Positions 59,636 to 64,000 of a DNA stretch of 64,000 nt are shown here, one piece after another. The notes below the pieces were generated by a model. That model was not told where the DNA came from. It made no database searches and was given only the letters and a program-made list of their open reading frames with translations. Source of the stretch: Schmidtea polychroa (lineage: Eukaryota); the NCBI GenBank assembly GCA_044892525.1, contig CM097886.1, forward strand, positions 33,108,001 through 33,172,000, in the 5' to 3' direction. The position numbers and the translations under genes were made by a program. Position 1 is the stretch's first letter. Each line of letters begins with the position of its first letter.

Positions 59636-62627
59636 TTAGTATATCATTGACATTTTGTAAATATTTAATTAAGAAAAAATAATTATTAAAAATTAAAAAA
59701 TAGTAATTAAATTAATATTGCAACGATTTAAAAACTAGAAACCCAATCAAAAATATTATGTGCTAACCTACAATAATTTATAATAGGGATAATTATTTCA
59801 ATTATCATCAGTATTTTTGTAAAATATAAATTTCTTGTCCAAATGCAATTTCAGCTATATTCATTAATATTGATAAAACATTTTGACCAATTATATATTT
59901 GAATTCATATGAAAGGATAATGGGAAATTTATTCGATGTATGAAGCATTTACAACCATTGCAAGCAAATTTATACACTAGAATGGGAACTAAACTTGTTT
60001 GAGTCTAAAATTTATTCACAGATTTAACAATTTGAAACATTTTTAAACATATTATAATTTTATAATTTAAAGATTTTATTAAAAAGTTTGATAATTATTA
60101 TCGGGAATTTTATTATTATTGGACATTTATGTATTATAGTTAATAAATGACAATCCTCTAAAAAAAATATTCAATCACTGATTGACAATCAGCCACAATC
60201 AGCTACTATTTATATAAAACTACTCTAATTATTTGAAATTAATTATGAATATAATAGAACTTCTTTCGATTTTCACCTCTGATTTCTTTTCAATTGGCAT
60301 TTTTAATATATATTTGTTTTAGTACCATTTCTCATTCGATACATGCCAGATAAACAACTCTATCCCAATAAATGTTTCAGTGTTTTAATAGAATTTTAAA
60401 ATTTTACATTCCAATTTTCATTTTAGAAACTTAAAAATCATTTTTTTTGCATGCAACTTATTCCAGATAATCTGCAATGTCCGTAATCCTTTAATGTTTT
60501 GCAATCTAAAAAGTATAAATATAAGAATAAAATTGAATTTTATATAACAAAATGACCAAATTTACAAATACATGCAATTAAAATTATAAATAATTTTGTT
60601 AATTACTGTCTAGACGAATCTTTTTATTCCAAAATGGAAATTTGCAAAAATAGAACTAAAACTAAAATACTGGACATTAATATAGAAAGTCGGTTGCATT
60701 TAGCTACAAACTTTGTATTATAATAGTTGCAAGAAATATCAAATACTTTTATATACGATAATCTAATACATTTACTGTATTTTGGATCCATTGAAAAAGT
60801 TANNNNNNNNNNNNNNNNNNNNNNNNNNNNNNNNNNNNNNNNNNNNNNNNNNNNNNNNNNNNNNNNNNNNNNNNNNNNNNNNNNNNNNNNNNNNNNNNNN
60901 NNNNNNNNNNNNNNNNNNNNNNNNNNNNNNNNNNNNNNNNNNNNNNNNNNNNNNNNNNNNNNNNNNNNNNNNNNNNNNNGTTATTAATTTCATTTTCTAT
61001 TAAAATGTCAGTAATCTTTCAAACTGATTATTCAGTTTTTAATTTTTAATGTTGGAAACGGATTATCTATCAAAACTGTCATAAATATCAAATTCAGCTC
61101 ATTTTTCATATTTAAATATTTTATTTTAAGCTGGAATAAATTTGTTATAGTTAACAGTTAAATTCTTAAAACATTTACAAAAATTAATTATTAAAAATAT
61201 TTATTTATTTACTAGAAAATAATGGACTTCAGCATGGCCAAGTTTATAATTAAATAATAATTACAATTTTATAACAAAAATATATAACATCAAAAATATA
61301 AACATTCATTTGACAATAAAAAAAACAAAACAAAAAAATAAACATAAATAAATTTATTTAACATGAAAAAACAAAACCTGAAATTTAACTGTTATAATAA
61401 AAAAACTTTATTATAATCCAAATTTTGTTAATAAAATATTATAAATTACATATTATAAATACAGCTAATAATTAATTTCAAACAGCTCCTAGCAAAATCT
61501 TGCAACTAAATAAACAAACAAACAAAACTGTCATAATTACAACACTGTTATAATACAAGTTGGATCGAGAACTGAAAAAAACTGAAACATAAGATAAACG
61601 AACTGTAATATATTTTAATATATTTATATTTTTTCCTAAAAACGTTAACCGGGACGATTGATGGTCCGTAAAACCTTCAACGGACGTTAATTTGAATTTT
61701 TATGTCAAAATGTGTAAATTTCTAAAACCGTTTTATTTTGTTCCAATAAAATAGATCCATTTAAACTCAGAAATAAAAAATAATTCCTCAAAATAAATAA
61801 AATTTATGACTTAAACTTATTAACTTTTTAAGAAAAAGAAAGAAAAACATTTAAAGAAAGCAACATAAAAAATATTTCAGAATTGATTAACTGTATTTTT
61901 ATTACATTTACACATTATTACTCTTAATATTTATTATGTTTTTAAACAATTTTATTTTACATAAGTTATTAAAAATTTTGAAATTTTGAAAAAATGAGAA
62001 ATCACAACATTTAAAAAACATTTATTTGATATTTATGACAAAAATTATTAAAACTTATTTTTCATTTTGACATTGTAATTAAAGTTGATAATTACAAGAT
62101 TTTTAAGGAAAATTTAGACTAGCATATATCTATTAGATTTGTTTTATTAGAGTTTCCATATTAATTTNNNNNNNNNNNNNNNNNNNNNNNNNNNNNNNNN
62201 NNNNNNNNNNNNNNNNNNNNNNNNNNNNNNNNNNNNNNNNNNNNNNNNNNNNNNNNNNNNNNNNNNNNNNNNNNNNNNNNNNNNNNNNNNNNNNNNNNNN
62301 NNNNNNNNNNNNNNNNNNNNNNNNNNNNNNNNNNNNNNNNNNNNNNACAGATATTTTTAATTAAAGAAATGAATCTTGGCTGGAATAATATATTGAAAAC
62401 TTACTTCATAATTGTCCTTCCAAATATCTGTCAATGCAATATAAGTTTGGTTACTTCATCAATTTCAATTACAATATTTGAAAATTTAATTTTCATAATT
62501 ATTTAGAACAAAAACATTTAAATTTTTTTATTAGATTTTAAATTTTTTTAAATTAAAATATACTATAAAAAATATATCTTATTATCAAGAACTTGAAATT
62601 TCCAAGGTTCACAGGAAATATAATTAA

Positions 62628-62700
62628 CACGGTAAAGACCATGTGAGTCATATATGACTCACGCTTTTTAGACACTGCACAATTTGAGTCACATATGATT
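62628..62700 (+). mobile_element. Probable piggyBac-type left end with a 20-bp palindrome
   Basis: TTAA|CACGG..., perfect palindrome GTGAGTCATATATGACTCAC at 62643-62662; no matching right end found. Confidence 0.4.
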
Positions 62701-64000
62701 CATACCCTTAATACCGATTTTTAAAAAATTTGACCTTTTGATAGATTGAATCCCACCAGTACCGTGAAATACCTTACCCTATTTGATACCAAACTAAATA
62801 TATTTGCAATTAAATTCAAGCATCCTAAAATCTCACAACCAAGTTACATAGAATATCCTAGCAGTACCAAATATATAAAAAATATTTGAAATATCAAAAT
62901 ACGCGTTAGATTAGAAAATCTTATCAAGCTCGATTTATTTTTTATCATCCCACAAAAAATATATTTTAAATAAATTTCAAAAAATATTTTATTTAATTAT
63001 TTTAAATTTAATAATTTGATTTTTATTGTTTATTGTTGAAAGATTTAGGATTATCTTTCAAACAAAAATTATTTGGTAAAAAATATTCTCCAATTAGGAA
63101 ATAGAGTGGGAATAAATACAAGGCACAAAATTTAGAAGTGTAATTTTGATTTTTATCAAAAAGAAAGAAACAAAATTGAATTGATAGAATAGCGTGATTT
63201 AAATTATCTGTTAGAAACTTCGAGCCAATCTTTGTCAGAATTTTGCATTTTTTTTGCAATTTAATTAAATTTATTTCAACTAAATTTATTTTATGAGATT
63301 TTAATTTTTAGAAAAATAGCAACTTTTGACTCACTAAATTATTTTATAATAAAAAATTAATTTATAGGTCTTATTAAAATGTCCATTTCTTTTTTCTTAT
63401 TAACTTTTTCAAAAGCAAACAGAAAAGACCAACTATTATAATTTATTTGCAAAACTACATTGTATTAAAACAATAAAATTCAAGATCCCCTAAAATAAAG
63501 TCCGATCGAGTAATTATTTATTAATTTAGTGCAACATAAAAAATGATTGGTCACCACTTAATTGGAATAAAAGTTTTCTTGAATAACCCCTTACTCTGAA
63601 AATTTATTAACATGTGCGGGTGGCGAACCCGTATAAAAAAATCTGCAAGTAGTTAGTTTGTTATTTTAACTATTATAAGTAAATTGGGTGCCATGCAAAA
63701 TATAACCTACTGTTTGTCAACTTAGCAAAAATAAGTCGACGAGTGATAAAAACATATTACTTTTGAAAAAATGTTACAAATGTCTTTTACAATGTTTAAA
63801 TCGAGCTTATAAATTTTATAATTTAAATCTTCTAAATCTCGATTGTGCTTTTTGCGATGCGTATTCCAACGTTGTCTTATACCAATGAAAATATCTCTTC
63901 GCTAAATTGGTTACAGTTGAACAGTTTTGAATGAATTTTTTCGAAAATATGAAGATTCTAGGAATCAATAACTTCTTTGAAAACATTTTAAAGTCATATT

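Larger units (their letters stand above)
6830..62346. other. Seven scaffold gaps (6830-6961, 27622-27816, 29174-29324, 36870-37022, 58847-59013, 60803-60979, 62168-62346)
   Basis: Runs of N; ORF-track entries containing X are artefacts. Confidence 0.97.

Noticed and set aside
1-64000. CRISPR array, rRNA or tRNA genes
   Set aside because: No regularly spaced repeat-spacer units or recognisable rRNA/tRNA folds were seen; the sequence is eukaryotic.

Overview
Very AT-rich eukaryotic scaffold, probably an invertebrate animal, with seven N-gaps. It is dominated by transposable elements and holds only two recognisable host genes. (1) A young Ty3/Gypsy LTR retrotransposon (1379-6532, +) has identical LTRs, a tRNA-Arg-type PBS, a PPT, a four-knuckle gag, an intact pol and a canonical -1 frameshift signal. 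Its clipped 3' LTR abuts the last visible exon of a Canopy/CNPY2-like gene (-), whose visible product lacks an HDEL-type tail. (2) A compact three-exon NDUFA7 gene (18182-18649) has 43-44 nt introns. (3) Several Penelope-like element (PLE) relics carry three minimal type I hammerhead ribozyme motifs (7644, 35415, 36810). Two of these sit directly behind an exact U1-5'-end/antisense-donor 12-mer and a GAAA hairpin. (4) Two host gene fragments lie in TE contexts: an RNF126/RNF115-like RING E3 piece inside a TG..CA element with a 5-bp TSD, nested in a hAT transposase, and a PSMA6 pseudogene fused to a PLE tail. (5) The rest is a family of ~0.9-1 kb solo LTRs, hAT/pogo relics, many MITEs with clean TSDs, a palindromic foldback repeat family and microsatellites. 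All calls come from reading the sequence by eye and recalling family motifs; no searches were run, and the edges of degenerate relics are approximate.
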